From Chiloscyllium plagiosum (taxonomy: Eukaryota), in NCBI RefSeq assembly GCF_004010195.1, contig NC_057757.1, positions 9,170,815-9,234,814 of the forward strand: 64,000 nucleotides of DNA, in the 5' to 3' direction. Under the pieces are notes generated by a model. The model saw nothing but the letters and a program-made list of their open reading frames with translations. It was not told the DNA's origin and made no database searches. Below are positions 24,600 through 37,112 of this stretch, piece by piece (position 1 is the stretch's first letter; each line of letters starts with the position of its first letter). The position numbers and the translations under genes were made by a program.

Positions 24600-24814
24600 C
24601 ACTGCATTTGGAATAAAAACTCATTGGGCACAATCCTCTCATGGCGTCCTTATTAAAGTTTAACATAACTTCCTTGCTTTATAACCATCTCCGTCCATAT
24701 AAAACACCGAGAACCCCATGTGCATTTTTTCCTTCCACAGCCATGATCATACCTTGTCATAGCCAATTGGAACAGGGTTTGCCAATGATCTTTACTTTGT
24801 GGGAAAGATCTTAT

Positions 24815-25390
24815 CGAGCTGCAGAGGGTTCAGAGGAGGTTTACCAGGATGTTGCCGGGTATGGAAGGTTTGATTTCTAAGGAAAGCCTGGGACTTTTTC
24901 CACTGAAGCCCAGGAGGTTGAGAGGCGACGGTATAGAAGCCTATAAAATAATGATGGGTGTAGCTAAAACTTAATGGTAGTTGGCTCTTCCCTAGGATGG
25001 GTGGATTGCAAGACTAGAGGGCACACGTTCTTAAGCTGAGAGGAGAGAGATTTGGGAAAGACGCAAAGGCCTTTTTTGGTTTACGTAGAGGGTGGCCCGC
25101 GTGTGGAATGTGGGCAAGTGGTGGATGTGGGGACAGTTACAGACCTCTGGAGAAGTGCGTGAACGGGAAAGGTTTGCCTGGACCTGGCCAGGAGCAGGCA
25201 CTGTTTTGGTTTGGGATTACGTTCAGCATGGACCGGTTGGATCGAAGGGGGTCTGGATCAGAGCGGTGCTGGAAAAGCACAGCAGGTCAGGCAGCATCCG
25301 AGGAGCAGGAAAATCGACCTTTCGGGCAAAAGCATTTTACCTTGTCGGATCGAAGGGTCTGCTTCTGTGTTGTTGTGTGACTTTATGTCT
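24815..25390 (+). mobile_element. Degraded CR1 3' end with nested family A Penelope-like fragment (~25250-25335)
   Basis: CR1 tail split by the insertion, with GGATCGAAGGG repeated on both sides. Confidence 0.7.
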
Positions 25391-25800
25391 CTGAAAACGA
25401 GCAGGGGGAATAAAATGCATTGAGTTTTGCTATGTCAACTGTCATGCTGCAGTTGCAGGTACTGGCCACTGGGTAGCTCCACAGAGCATTGGTTTTGTCT
25501 CTTCCAACTCAGCCTTAGACTTGAAGATAGAGCCTGACATTCATCAGGTGGTTTTTGACAAATACCACATAGTTTCCGTCTACAGGGACAGTCCCTTGGA
25601 TGCAAAGGGGAATCGTTGGAGAATCATTGGTCAAAGTGCCTCTTATCATCTGTCGCACTTTCAAAAGTCAGTGTTTGTTAGCAGACGAAATGAAGCAGTT
25701 TTTCAACAATGTATTCCTGGCGTGCTGCTGAGAACGGTCACTGTTTTATCCCGGATTTTTCCTCTAATGCTGAATCAAAATGCAGAAAGAACTGCCGACA

Positions 25801-25980
25801 CTGTAAATGAGAAACAAAGGCAGGAGTTGCTGGAAAGGCTCAGCAGGCCTGGCAGCACCCGTGAAGAGCAATCAGAGTTAACGTTTCAGGTCCGCTATTC
25901 TGAGGAAGGGTCAACACACCCGGAAACGTTAACTCCGTGCTGCCGGACCTGCTGAGCTTTTCCAGCAACTTCTGCCTTTG
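25801..25980. mobile_element. Inverted-repeat Penelope-like insertion (family E) with hammerhead-like core at 25900-25930
   Basis: Arms CAAAGGCAGGAGTTGCTGGAAAGGCTCAGCAGG and CCTGCTGAGCTTTTCCAGCAACTTCTGCCTTTG; CTGAGGA-A-GGGT-caacac-ACCC-G-GAAAC-GTT. Confidence 0.7.
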
Positions 25981-27020
25981 CTTGTGTCTCATACTTAATG
26001 GGACATTCCCAAAACCTCTGGTGCCCTCATGCAGTGTAAAAATAGCCTTTCACTGGAATTGTGATTCTTGTGAGCGGTCCTGATGAGTGCACGACTTTGA
26101 CGAGACGTGCCCTTTTGTGGCGATAATCGTGCTCCACTCTGTCAAGTGGTAATCGGTTTACTTTGTAAATGTTGCAGAAAGCAGGATTTGGAACAGAAAG
26201 CGGGAATGTATAAGCAGCTGAAACCATGCTCGTCAGGTTCTACTTGAGCTCAGAGTTTATCCAGCCTGAAGTCTGTACGGGGAGCAGGTTTGTTCACAGC
26301 TAAACATCAGGCAGAGTGCCCAGCGCATGTCCAGAACTAAGGCATCATATGGTAGTGGCAGAGGCCATTCATGCTTGACTTTGGTAGTGCTACCCGAATA
26401 GATCCACTCCACCCCAATTCCATGTAAGATTTGTTGCAGTCAAGTATTTTTGGAGACCCCCTTTTGACAGTTCCTACCGAATCTGCTTCCCCTGCTCTCT
26501 GAGGCCTTGCGTTCCAGATCACAACAATTTCGCCCTTACGTTAACCTGCAAGCCTCTTCCCACTTGCCTCAAATCTATGCTGCTCTGGTCGCTGGCGTTA
26601 AATGGTTGCAGCCCATCAAGTCTGGGCAGGAGTAGGCCATTCGAGCCCTCATGCCTGCCCCACCTTCCAACGGATCCTCTACCTCGACACCATGTGCTTT
26701 TCCCCACGCCCCTCAGCACCTTCTGAAAAGCTGTTCCTTCCTTCCTTTCTCCATGATGTGGCCTCCATGGCTCTCTGCAGCAGAAAACTCTGCAGAGTCG
26801 CCCAGCACTACCCCCCCTCCCCCCACCGAGTGAAGAAACGTGTCAATCCAAAATGGCCGACCATGTATACGGAGATTGTGGCCCTTAGTTCTTTCCGGAA
26901 GAAATACCATTCCTGTATCCAGCAAATTTTGTCAGTGGTTTGTTCTAGTTAGATGTTTCTGCACTCCCCCTTTCAATGGTCCCTATTTGTGATTACTTTC
27001 ACTGTTGCCCTAGACAATAC

Positions 27021-27340
27021 GGTGGCACGGTGGCTCAGTGGTTAGCACTGCTGCCTCACAGCGCTAGGGAGCCAGGTTCAATTCCAGCCTCGGGCGACTG
27101 TCTGTGTGGAGTTTACACATTCTCCCCGTGTCTGCGTGGTTTTCCTCCGGGTGCTCCGGTTTCCTCCCACATTCCAAAGATGTACAGGTCAGGGTGGATT
27201 GGCCGTGCTAAATTGCCCCGTAGTGTTAGGTGTGTTAGTCAGAGGGAAATGGGTCTGGGTTGGGTTACTCTTTGGAGGGTCGGTGTGGACTTGTTGGGCC
27301 GAAGGGCCTGTTTCCACACTGTAAGTAATCTAATCTGATC
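27021..27340 (+). mobile_element. V-SINE, followed by a family A Penelope-like fragment at ~27405-27527 (minus)
   Basis: Complete head-to-tail SINE; downstream fragment ends inside the hammerhead core. Confidence 0.85.
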
Positions 27341-28349
27341 AGATCGCAACAGCTCCCTGAATCAAAATACTGGCCTAATGCTAATCTGGGGCCCTTCTCC
27401 CAGTTAGGCGAAAGTGAGGACTGCAGATACTGGAGATCAGAGCTTAAATATGTGTTGCTGGAAAAGCGCAGCAGGTCAGGCAGCATCCAAGGAACAGGAG
27501 AATCGACGTTTCGGGCATAAGCCCTTCTGCCAGTCGTCTCAAATCTTGCCCTCTTGATCTGTCCAGCCCTGTTAGAGTTCTACACGTTTCAATTAGATCC
27601 CATCTCGCCCTTCTAAGCTCCGGTGAAGACAAGCCCAGTCGAGCCAATCTCTACCAGGAATCAGTCTGGTGGCCCTTAGCTGTACTCTCTGTGCAGCAAG
27701 TATAGATAAAGAGACCAAAACTGCACACCACACTTCAGGTGTGGTCTCACCAAGTCCCTGTATATGATTCTCAGGATTTTGATCACCTTGTTAAATTACA
27801 CCCCACCCCCCGGCCCCATCTCAGTCACCCTCAGCCCTTCTGCGCTATGCCATCATCGCTGGGATATTTCTGGGAAATCTCCTCTGCCCTGTTACTTTGA
27901 TATCCTCCCCAACAACGATGCGCATACCTGGAAATGAACTTGCTCACCTCCATATGAATTAGAGGCACTTAGTTCCCTCCTGTACCATTCAATAGAACCC
28001 TGTCTGATCAGATTGAGGTTTAATTCCACATTTCCGCCCACTCCAGATACCCTTCTCACTCAACGTTGTCAGTCAGAAATCGATCCACCTTCCTCCCTTG
28101 AACATATTCACTGGGTCTGCCTGCCCCGATCCCTGGGGAAGACAATCCCAAACGCTCACTACTCTCTGAGAGTAAAAAGGCTTCTCGTCTCTGTGTTGAA
28201 TGGGGAACCCTTTATTTTGAAATAATGTACCCCCCCCCCCCCACCCAGTTCTGTCGTTAAGCGATTGTGTAGTGATTGTAATGAGGTCAGCCTGGAGGAC
28301 GTTGTAGACTAGGAGTTCCCTGATTGGTGCTGTTCAGGGGAGGTAATAG

Positions 28350-28622
28350 CCTTAATGCTATCACCGCTGGACTGTTATTCCAAGCAATTTTCGGGGGACC
28401 CGGTGTCGAAACCTGCCATGACAGATGGGTGAATTCAAAGGGAAAGAAAATGTCGCTGTTATGGGTCTAATCGTGGCTATGAATCCATTGATGGAAAATC
28501 CCATCTGGTTCACCCAATGTCCTTCAGGGAAGGAAACTGCCATCTCTTCTGGGTCTTGGCCTACATGTGGTTAACTCTTAACTGCCCTTTGGGCAATTAG
28601 GGATGGGCAATTAATGCTGCCT
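28350..28622 (+). mobile_element. Second SINE family (tail shared with the second LINE family)
   Basis: CCCATCTGGTTCAC...AGGGAAGGAAA core also at ~4580-4720; tail GGGCAATTAGGGATGGGCAATTAATGCTG. Confidence 0.6.
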
Positions 28623-28859
28623 GATCCAGTGAGGGTGGTATGTGTATGGAATGAGCTGCCAGAGGATGTGGTGGTGGCTGGTACAATTGCAACATTTAAG
28701 AGGCATCTGGATGGGTATATGAATAGGAAGGGTTTGGAGGGATATGGGCTGGGTACTGGCAGGTGGGAATAGATTGGGTTGGGATATCTGGTCGGCATGG
28801 ACGGGTTAGACCAAAGGGTCTGTTTCCATGCTGTACATCTCTATGACTCTATGAGTATA

Positions 28860-29100
28860 GAGGCTGGACGGGTTTACAGAGATAGGGAGGGGGTGTAGGG
28901 TCTGCAGGGGGTTACAGAGATAGGGAGGGGGTGTAGGGGCTGGTGGGGGTTACAGAGATAGGGAGGGGGTGTGGGGTTTCATTCAGTGAGTGACCTAGGG
29001 GCTGGAGGGGGTTACAGAGATAGGGAGGGGTGTAGGGGCTGGAGGGGACTATAGAGATAGGGACGGGTGTAGGGCTGTGGGGTTACAGAGATAGGGAGGA
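28860..29100. repeat. G-rich ~37-bp minisatellite
   Basis: GGGTTACAGAGATAGGGAGGGGGTGTAGGGGCTGGAG x~6; same unit as at 1565-1680. Confidence 0.85.
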
Positions 29101-31359
29101 ACAGGAGTGTCAGACACCGTGTTCACTCTGAGTGTGGGCTCTGAGGGAGCTGGATCAGTGTCAAGCACTCTCTACGTGTCAGGAAAAGATGACTTGGTGA
29201 CGGGATACCAGCTTCTGGGGAGTTATTTCCACGCCGATGAGAGAGAAAAGCAAGCTCTTAAATAAATAAATTGTCTTGGAGTTCATAAAATCATGGAATC
29301 CCTGCTGTGCGGACACAGGTCATTCGGCTTATCGAGTCCACACTGACCCTCCGAAGAGCATCCCATCCCATCCCATCCCTTTAACCCCGCAGTGCCCATG
29401 GCTATCCCACCAGGCCTGCACATCCCTGGACCCTACGAGACAATTTAGCACAGCCAATCCACCTAATCTGCACATCTTTGGTCATAATATTTATCAAATA
29501 TTATTTTATTTTGGAAGCTTGACTCCTCCGATCTTGCCATTGAAGATGGGATCTGCTATGTGGAAAGAATAGGATAATTTTTCTGGGCCACTAACATTGG
29601 GGGGGTGGGGGGTGGGGGGGCAATTGTAAAGCAATGAGCAATTCTCCTGACAGCTTGTGGACCTGCAGCTTTTTCGGTTATTCGGAGCTTCGCTTTCCTC
29701 GAGACACCAGAAGCTAAAACCTTTCAAGAATTGATGGATTTAGTTAAGGAGTATTGTGACCCCCCCCCCCAAGCCTCCCCTAATTCTGAGACACTATTGG
29801 TTTTACCTGGCAATTCGAGATCCAGGGGAATCCATGTTGATATTTTTGACGAGGTGAAGACAACGGGCAGAGACATCTGACTTTGCTTCAACCCTGATAA
29901 TGAGATGCTCAGAGGCCATTTAGTCCGTGGGATTAATGACGTAACCATGCGCAAGCGCCTACCAGCTGAAGCCCAACTGAGCTTCAAAACAGGCCCTACA
30001 ATTGGCTTTCTCATTGGAAAATGGGGCAAGATGCGCATATCAATTCCAGAAGATTCTGATAGAAGTGGACACCCTCACATGGCTGACTGAGCTTGGGGAA
30101 CGCTGCTTGAGTGAAGACAGTTGCGCAGCCTCACGTGGGACACATCCTGCACAAGAGCGGCTCTCGCTCAGCCCAAAGCAAAGCCCCCAAAATACAGCCA
30201 AGCCTCGGCCAAACGGTGAAGACTTTCCTCAGCATCTGGGCCAGCAAGCCATTGTAGTCAACAGCGAGCAGGAACTGAGTAAGAGAAATCACGGGGCCAG
30301 AATTCAGGAGCACGCATCTGGTTCGGCAAAGTTAAATTGCTTAGCAACATCCAAATCAGAACCAATCAAAGTACAAGGTCGGGTTAAATGGTCACCCGGT
30401 TCGAGTGGAGATCAATACTCGGCACGGCCGTGAAATGAACTTTTTCTCTCATTGAATTTAACTTAATCCCGTCGGGGTTTGTATTAATTAGCTCATGGGT
30501 GGCTCAATGATCAGGAGGACCTGCTTGAACCCAGGACATTGGCGTAAAAAAAATGCCCAGTAGAGAAGGAAGGTTTGGCTGGTCCTATCCTGAGTCAGGA
30601 CGTTCCACCAATACCTTTATGGATGTCAATCTGTAATAATAACAGACCACAGACCACCCCACCCCCCACTAGGTCAACTTAAAGAGGACTAGGCAATGCT
30701 GCCCAGAGCTTCAGGCTGAATTCGGCGCTGGGCCCGAACTCTAAGGGCGTGTACAAGTTTGTCCAGGGGTCGGATGGTTAAATACAGATGCATTGAGCTG
30801 TCCCCACCCCACCCTCTACAGCCCCTGCAAGAGTGGTTTGACATTTTCTGGACACACTTTCAGTCATGTCTGACAGTCTCAGACTGGGACGGAGACAGAT
30901 CCAGGTCCTGGCGAAACCGAAACAGCCGGGGGGGGGGGGGACCAAAGTTAGCTTTGTGGGCCTGGAGAGACCAGGTCAGTGCAGAGGATGGCACGTCATC
31001 ACAGAGAGGCAAGGGTGATTGGTGCAGAGCAAAGGTACCGGCTGACCTCCCCCAAGGTCATCCGGAGATTTCCAAAATGAAGATGTTGGGAAGAGGTTCC
31101 ATCTGGTGGCCAGGATAGGATGCCCGCTTTGGTGGGGAGTGCTCAGAGTACCAACGAGGATAAAACTGACCATCAGCAGCTCCCCCCACACTCCTGTGAA
31201 CGGCTCGGACTTGTTACACATTGGCCTTTCACTGTCTCGATGTTCTCAGACATTGTGGATATCCATTCAAATTGGCTGGATGTGCACAGAAGCTATTTGT
31301 CCAACACAGGGACAATGACAGAGAAACTGCGAGCGCACACGGACTTCCAGAAGTGATCA

Positions 31360-33185
31360 CAGAATCCCAACAGTGTGAAAACAGGCCCAACACGTCCACA
31401 TCCCACCCAGAAACATTCCCATAACCTATTGCTCTACATTCAACCCTGACTCATGCATCTAACCTGCACATCCCTGAACACTAAGGGGCAATTTAGCACG
31501 GCCAATCCACCCTAACCTAAACATCCCTGAGCACTATGGGGTAATTTAGCACGGCCAATCCACCCTCACCTGCACATCCCTGAACACTATGGGGTAATTT
31601 AGCACGGCCAATCCACCCTAAACCACACATCCCTGAACACTATGGGTAATTTAGCACGGCCAATCCACCCTAATCTACACATCCCTGAACACTATGGGTA
31701 ATTTAGCACGGCCAATCCACCCTAAACCACACATCCCTGAACACTATGGGTAATTTAGCACGGCCAATCCACCCTAAACCACACATCCCTGAACACTATG
31801 GGTAATTTAGCACGGCCAATCCACCCTAACCTAAACATCCCTGAGCACTATGGGNNNNNNNNNNNNNNNNNNNNNNNNNNNNNNNNNNNNNNNNNNNNNN
31901 NNNNNNNNNNNNNNNNNNNNNNNNNNNNNNNNNNNNNNNNNNNNNNNNNNNNNNNNNNNNNNNNNNNNNNNNNNNNNNNNNNNNNNNNNNNNNNNNNNNN
32001 NNNNNNNNNNNNNNNNNNNNNNNNNNNNNNNNNNNNNNNNNNNNNNNNNNNNNNNNNNNNNNNNNNNNNNNNNNNNNNNNNNNNNNNNNNNNNNNNNNNN
32101 NNNNNNNNNNNNNNNNNNNNNNNNNNNNNNNNNNNNNNNNNNNNNNNNNNNNNNNNNNNNNNNNNNNNNNNNNNNNNNNNNNNNNNNCATGGCGAATCCA
32201 CCTTAACCTACACATCCCTGAACACTATGGGGTAATTTAGCATGGCCACTCCACCCTAACCTGCACATCCCTGAACACTATGGGGTAATTTAGCATGGCC
32301 ACTCCACCCTAACCTGCACATCCCTGAACACTATGGGGTAATTTAGCATGGCCAATCCACCCTAACCTGCACATCCCTGAACACTATGGGGTAATTTAGC
32401 ATGGCCAATCCACCCTAACCTGCACATCCCTGAACACTATGGGGTAATTTAGCATGGCCAATCCACCCTAACCTACACATCCCTGAACACTATGGGGTAA
32501 TTTAGCATGGTCAATTCACCCTAACCTACACATCCCTGAGCACTATGAGTAATTTAGCATGGCCAGTCCACCCTAACCTACACATCCCTGAACACTATGG
32601 GGTAATTTAGCATGGCCAATCCACCCTAACCTGCACATCCCTGAACACTATGGGGTAATTTAGCATGGCCAATCCACCCTAACCTGCACATCCCTGAACA
32701 CTATGGGGTAATTTAGCATGGCCAATCCACCCTAACCTGCACATCCCTGAACACTATGGGGTAATTTAGCATGGCCAATCCACCCTAACCTGCACATCCC
32801 TGAACACTATGGGGTAATTTAGCATGGCCAATCCACCCTAACCTGCACATCCCTGAACACTATGGGGCAATTTAGCATGGCCAATCCACCCTAACCTACA
32901 CATCCCTGAACACTATGGGTAATTTAGCATGGCCAATCCACCCTAACCTACACATCCCTGAACACTATGGGTCATTTAGCATGGCCAATCCACCCTAACC
33001 TACACATCCCTGAACACTATGGGGTAATTTAGCATGGCCAATCTACCCTAGCCTTCACATCCCTGAACACTATGGGGTAATTTAGCATGGCCAATCCACC
33101 CTAACCTACACGTTTTTGGACTGTGGGAGGAAACCAGAGCACCCGGAGGAAACCCACGCAGACACGGGGAGAATGTGCAAACTCA
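31360..33185 (-). repeat. V-SINE expanded by a >1.6-kb 53-bp tandem array (gap inside)
   Basis: SINE tail ~31360-31460, array ~31461-33112 with period 52-53, SINE body to 33185. Confidence 0.9.
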
Positions 33186-33993
33186 CCGTTAAATTAACCT
33201 CCAAAATGAAATGCATCACCCATGCTTTTTTTTACTCCGGAGTTGGGGGTCACGAGTTCAAAATGAGAGGGGAGGTTTTCAGGGAGATAAATGTGGAAAG
33301 TTCTTTACGCAGAGGGTGGTGTGTGACTGGAATGTGTTGCCAGCAGGGGTTGGTAGATGCGGGAGCGATAGCGTCATTTAAGATGTATCTAGACAGATAC
33401 GTGAATGGGCAGGGAGATGAGGGATACAGATCCTGAGAAAGTAGGCGACAGGTTTAGATAGAGGATCTGGATCAGCACAGGCTTGGAGGGCCGAAGGGCC
33501 TGTTCCTGGTCAGGAATTTGTTTTGTCCTTTGGATCAGCATCAAGGGCTCTCCACGTGTGAGTAAAGGCTGACCTGGTGTCGGTCTCTGTGGCGTTTCTT
33601 CACTTCAGAACCAGGGTCAGCAAACCAAAATGGAATCGCGATGGGGAAAAGTTCAAGAAGCCCTCATTTTTCAGCCAACAAAATGGACGCCAAGTCCAGT
33701 CCCGTGGTTTAGAACTGGCTTAGCATAATCCCCTTGCTTTCGGACTCAATGTCGCGATCTATGAAGCCTCAAAGATTGATGTGAATATACCTCTATATCC
33801 ACACCACCCCTACTGCCATCGCCACCCTAACCCCACCCACACCTTTGTACACGATGACGTGAGTGTTTCTGTGTCACTCTGCACCTCTAGTCTGAAAAGC
33901 AGCTGTTTCTCCTGCATCCTGTCCCCTTGTAAATTATGCTACCAACCATTCTCCTCATTTCAGTGGCCTTGACTTGGCTAAAAGGTCCTTTAC

Positions 33994-34191
33994 AGGAGAA
34001 AATGAGGACCGCAGACGCTGGAGATCAGAGTCGCGAGTGTGGTGCTGGGAAAGCACAGCAGGGTCAGGCAGCATCCGAGGAGCAGGAGAGTCGAGCAAGT
34101 CAGGAATGGGCCTGATGAAGGCCTTATTCCCGAAACGTCGACGCTCCTGCTCCTCGGATGCTGCCTGACCTCCAGCGCCACACTCGCGACT
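33994..34191. mobile_element. Inverted-repeat family A Penelope-like insertion
   Basis: Left arm on minus, right arm starting CCTGATGAAGGCCTTATTCCCGAAACGTCGA (34111-34141; stem II damaged). Confidence 0.8.
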
Positions 34192-34199
34192 AAAAACTC

Positions 34200-36636
34200 C
34201 GTTATGTTGGATTTGATCCAACACCTTTTTGAAAGTCTACACATGCCAGAGCAGCCACAGTATTCTCCATGTCACCCACGTATCTCTGAGGACAAACCAT
34301 GCATCTCAGCAACAATGAGGCAGTGAATTATCGGGCTAACTATGACAAGAGACTCACATGCGTTACTTAAATTCAACATCAAATCGAACAGCAACGCTGC
34401 GCCATTAGTAGATACTCAAGATCTTGTCCCGCTTTAAAATATTCCAGTCAGGCGTTCACCAGACGCTGATGGTGATACCCAAATAAATAAGATGAAGCAT
34501 TCTCATAATAGATAAATGACCTTTGACAGCAACCTAGCAAGCTTTGAAGCCTCAGGAAAAATTGGTAATCACTCCCCCTCCCTGCAAATGGGCAATAGAG
34601 TCAGTGATCTTTCTATTAATGAAGATCCAAGTCCTGGTAGAGTGGTTTCTCCATCCTTTGCCGTGACCACCCAAAGTCAAAAGCAAAAGGCTTGTTGTCA
34701 AAGTCCTTTGAAGTCAGGCCAGGATCTAACTGGAGTTGGACGAGGAGAGATTTCTCTTTGTCCTCGGGCCCTGAGTAGGATCCCAAACTCTTCTGACCAG
34801 CTCGGGCTCCACTGAGTACCTCAGAGGGTGTGTCTCCTCAGGGTGGGCAGGACCCCTGCCGACAGGAAACGGGTAAGATGCTCGCCTCACTTTGCCTTCT
34901 CTTCCATGGCCAGTTAACCTTTGGCGATGAATGCTTGGGGCTGTCCATGACCAGTGGAGATAAGGCTTGGCTTATCCACGCTTGATTCACTATTGCTGTT
35001 TCCTTTTCTGTTGCATTATTTGAAGACAGTTTTTTATTTGGAACCCCAACCCCATCCCCGACCTTCCCACACCCACCCACCACCTCATCGATCTTCTATC
35101 ATACTATTGGTGCCCATAAAGAATGGGACACGTAACAAGTGACTGTGGCAAACGCGTTGAGATGGGTAGGCCCTGAAGCCTCAATCTACAGGCCACTGAG
35201 GAGCAACGTTGACCCTATGAGGCAAATGGCCGCCTTGGGGGGAGGGGTCAGTGAGGAGTTTTCTTCTCCATTTTCTTTTTTTGTTTTTTTTTTTATCTTT
35301 TTACGAAGAGAGCTTTTCTTTCAAATGCTTGTCTGCAATGTGCATCTCAAACACGGACCCAAAACAGTTCGACCATCCCTGGGAAGCGAGGCCCGCAGCC
35401 GATAGAAACCAAACGTTGCCAACTAACAGAACGACAACCTTTTGAAATATTTTTGAGTGGGTTAAAGAGGGGGGTGGAAGAAATCCAAGATTTCAAAAAC
35501 TCCAAGATTTCATTATTTGTGAGTAGAAAAATCTTGATGTGAAATTCTTGAAAAAAATACACATGCAGTTGGTTGACCTTCTTGTCAATCTAGTTTGCTC
35601 TCTTTTTTGTGTGTGTGTTTGCGGGGTATGGGGTGGGAGAGGGGCGGGATGTGAGGCTTGTTCTTTTTCAATTGTCTAACTTTTTTTTAAAACTCTCGCT
35701 CTTGCTCAAATTGAGTTTAAAACGGAAGTGTTCTTGCCTTGTGTATTTTGATGCTTGTCTTTTTTATTCTTATAGAACAAATTGAATCATCTTCTGAGGT
35801 TTTTTTTTCGTGCAATCCATTCTTGACTGTATCTTTTTTTTTAAAAAAAAACAAAAGAACAAATGATTGAGGAAAAAGAAAGCACAAAATGTTGTTTTTT
35901 GAAATCTCTTTTTCTCTCCTCCCGTTTTTTCTGGTCTTAGGTCCACTCACAAAAAAATCAGATGATAACGACGCATTTGGCAATCTTGAAGATGAAGGTA
36001 TTTTTTTTCCAATGCATGTTAACAAAACCACCCCCCCCCTCCCCACCCCCCCAACCAACCCCCAACCCCACTCCACTCCTTCAAGTTTTTTTTCTTTTTT
36101 TGTAAGACAAAGACAAAATACAATCTTTTATTTTCAAAGCTTCTTCCTTTCATTTTTTACATCTTCTGAAACTTTTTGCACTCTCTTTCAATGTGCTTTT
36201 TTTTTCGTTCTTTTCAGTAATATGTTTTTTTTGTGTGTATATATATATATATATATATAAAAATATAACTACGGTTGATTTCATGTTCCGTAAGCTTTTG
36301 AGAGTGGCGTTTTGCAAGAAAATTGTTGCTTTTAAAATTTTCTAAGAATGGTATGCAGAAGTTAAATCGATTGGTGGTTGAGTCTCGCTCCCATGACCTG
36401 TTTGATGAACTGTTTTTGGTGGTCGTGGTTTTCGAATCATTCTTGGTTACAATCTGTGTTTGTGTGCGCGTTTGAGTGTGAGTGAGGGAGTGTTTGTGTG
36501 GGTTTGCGTGTCTCACTTTCTGGTCTGTTGTGGAAAGTACTGGTTATTAAATGGCTAGATGTCATGGCGGGTTTCAGACATTTTGTAATGCCTTCCCCTC
36601 CTATGATTCCTGCTCAGCGTCATCTGAGACTAAACT
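34200..36636 (-). other. Candidate last exon (SLVSDDAEQES-stop, 36636-36601) with long 3' UTR-like region of an unidentified gene
   Basis: TTTCAG acceptor at 36642-36637, 11 codons then TAG; 2.4 kb free of recognisable transposons, with homopolymer-rich UTR-like texture and minus-strand AATAAA near 36130, 35765 and 35035. Confidence 0.4.
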
Positions 36637-36648
36637 CTGAAACGACAT

Positions 36649-37112
36649 GATGGTTAGCGCTGCTGCCTCACAGCACCAGGGACCCGGATTCAATTTCCCG
36701 CTCAGGCATCTTTCTGTGTGGAGTTTGCACATTCTGCCCCATGACTGTGTGGGTTTCCTCCGGGAGCTCCAGTTCCCTCCCGCTGATGTGTAGGTTAGGG
36801 TGGAATGGCCATGCTAAATTATCAATAGTGCTCAGGGATGTGTAGGTTAGGGTGGATTGGCCATGCTACATTGTCCCATAGTGTTCAGGGATGTGTAGGT
36901 TAGGGTGGGTTGGCCGTGCTAAATTACCCCATAATGTTCAGGGATGTGTAGGTTAGGGTGGATTGGTCGTGCTGAATTGCCCCATAGTGTTTAGGGATGT
37001 GCTGGCTCGGGTGGAATAGTTGTGGGAAATGCAGGGCACGTCTTGGTGGGATGCTCTTCGGAGAGTCAGTGTCGACTTGATGGGCCGAATGGTCTACTTC
37101 CACACTGCAGGG
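36649..37112 (+). mobile_element. V-SINE with ~4-unit 53-bp array
   Basis: Head, V-domain, array ~36787-37000, diverged tail. Confidence 0.8.

Larger units (their letters stand above)
28268..31362 (+). mobile_element. Degenerate Ty3/Gypsy LTR retrotransposon (canonical order gag-PR-[RT deleted]-RH-IN) with nested insertions in the LTR
   Basis: Gag remnants AILLTACG...KTFQELMDLVKE...MLRGHLVRGIND..MRKRL (29.5-30.0 kb); PR start IKV..VNGHPVRVEINT (~30370-30425); RH end IRRWA...DALS (~30720-30800); IN GHPEISKMKMLGRGSIWWPG and IVDIHSNWLDV...HGLPEVI. LTR halves at ~28268-28335 and ~29100-29231; similar LTR end at ~33532-33603. Confidence 0.8.

Noticed and set aside
25521..25955. 144-aa ORF as a real gene
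   Set aside because: No recognisable motif and its last third reads through a Penelope-like hairpin.
31461..33112. CRISPR-like appearance of the 53-bp arrays
   Set aside because: Units are head-to-tail with no unique spacers, derive from SINE sequence, and there are no cas genes; the DNA is vertebrate.
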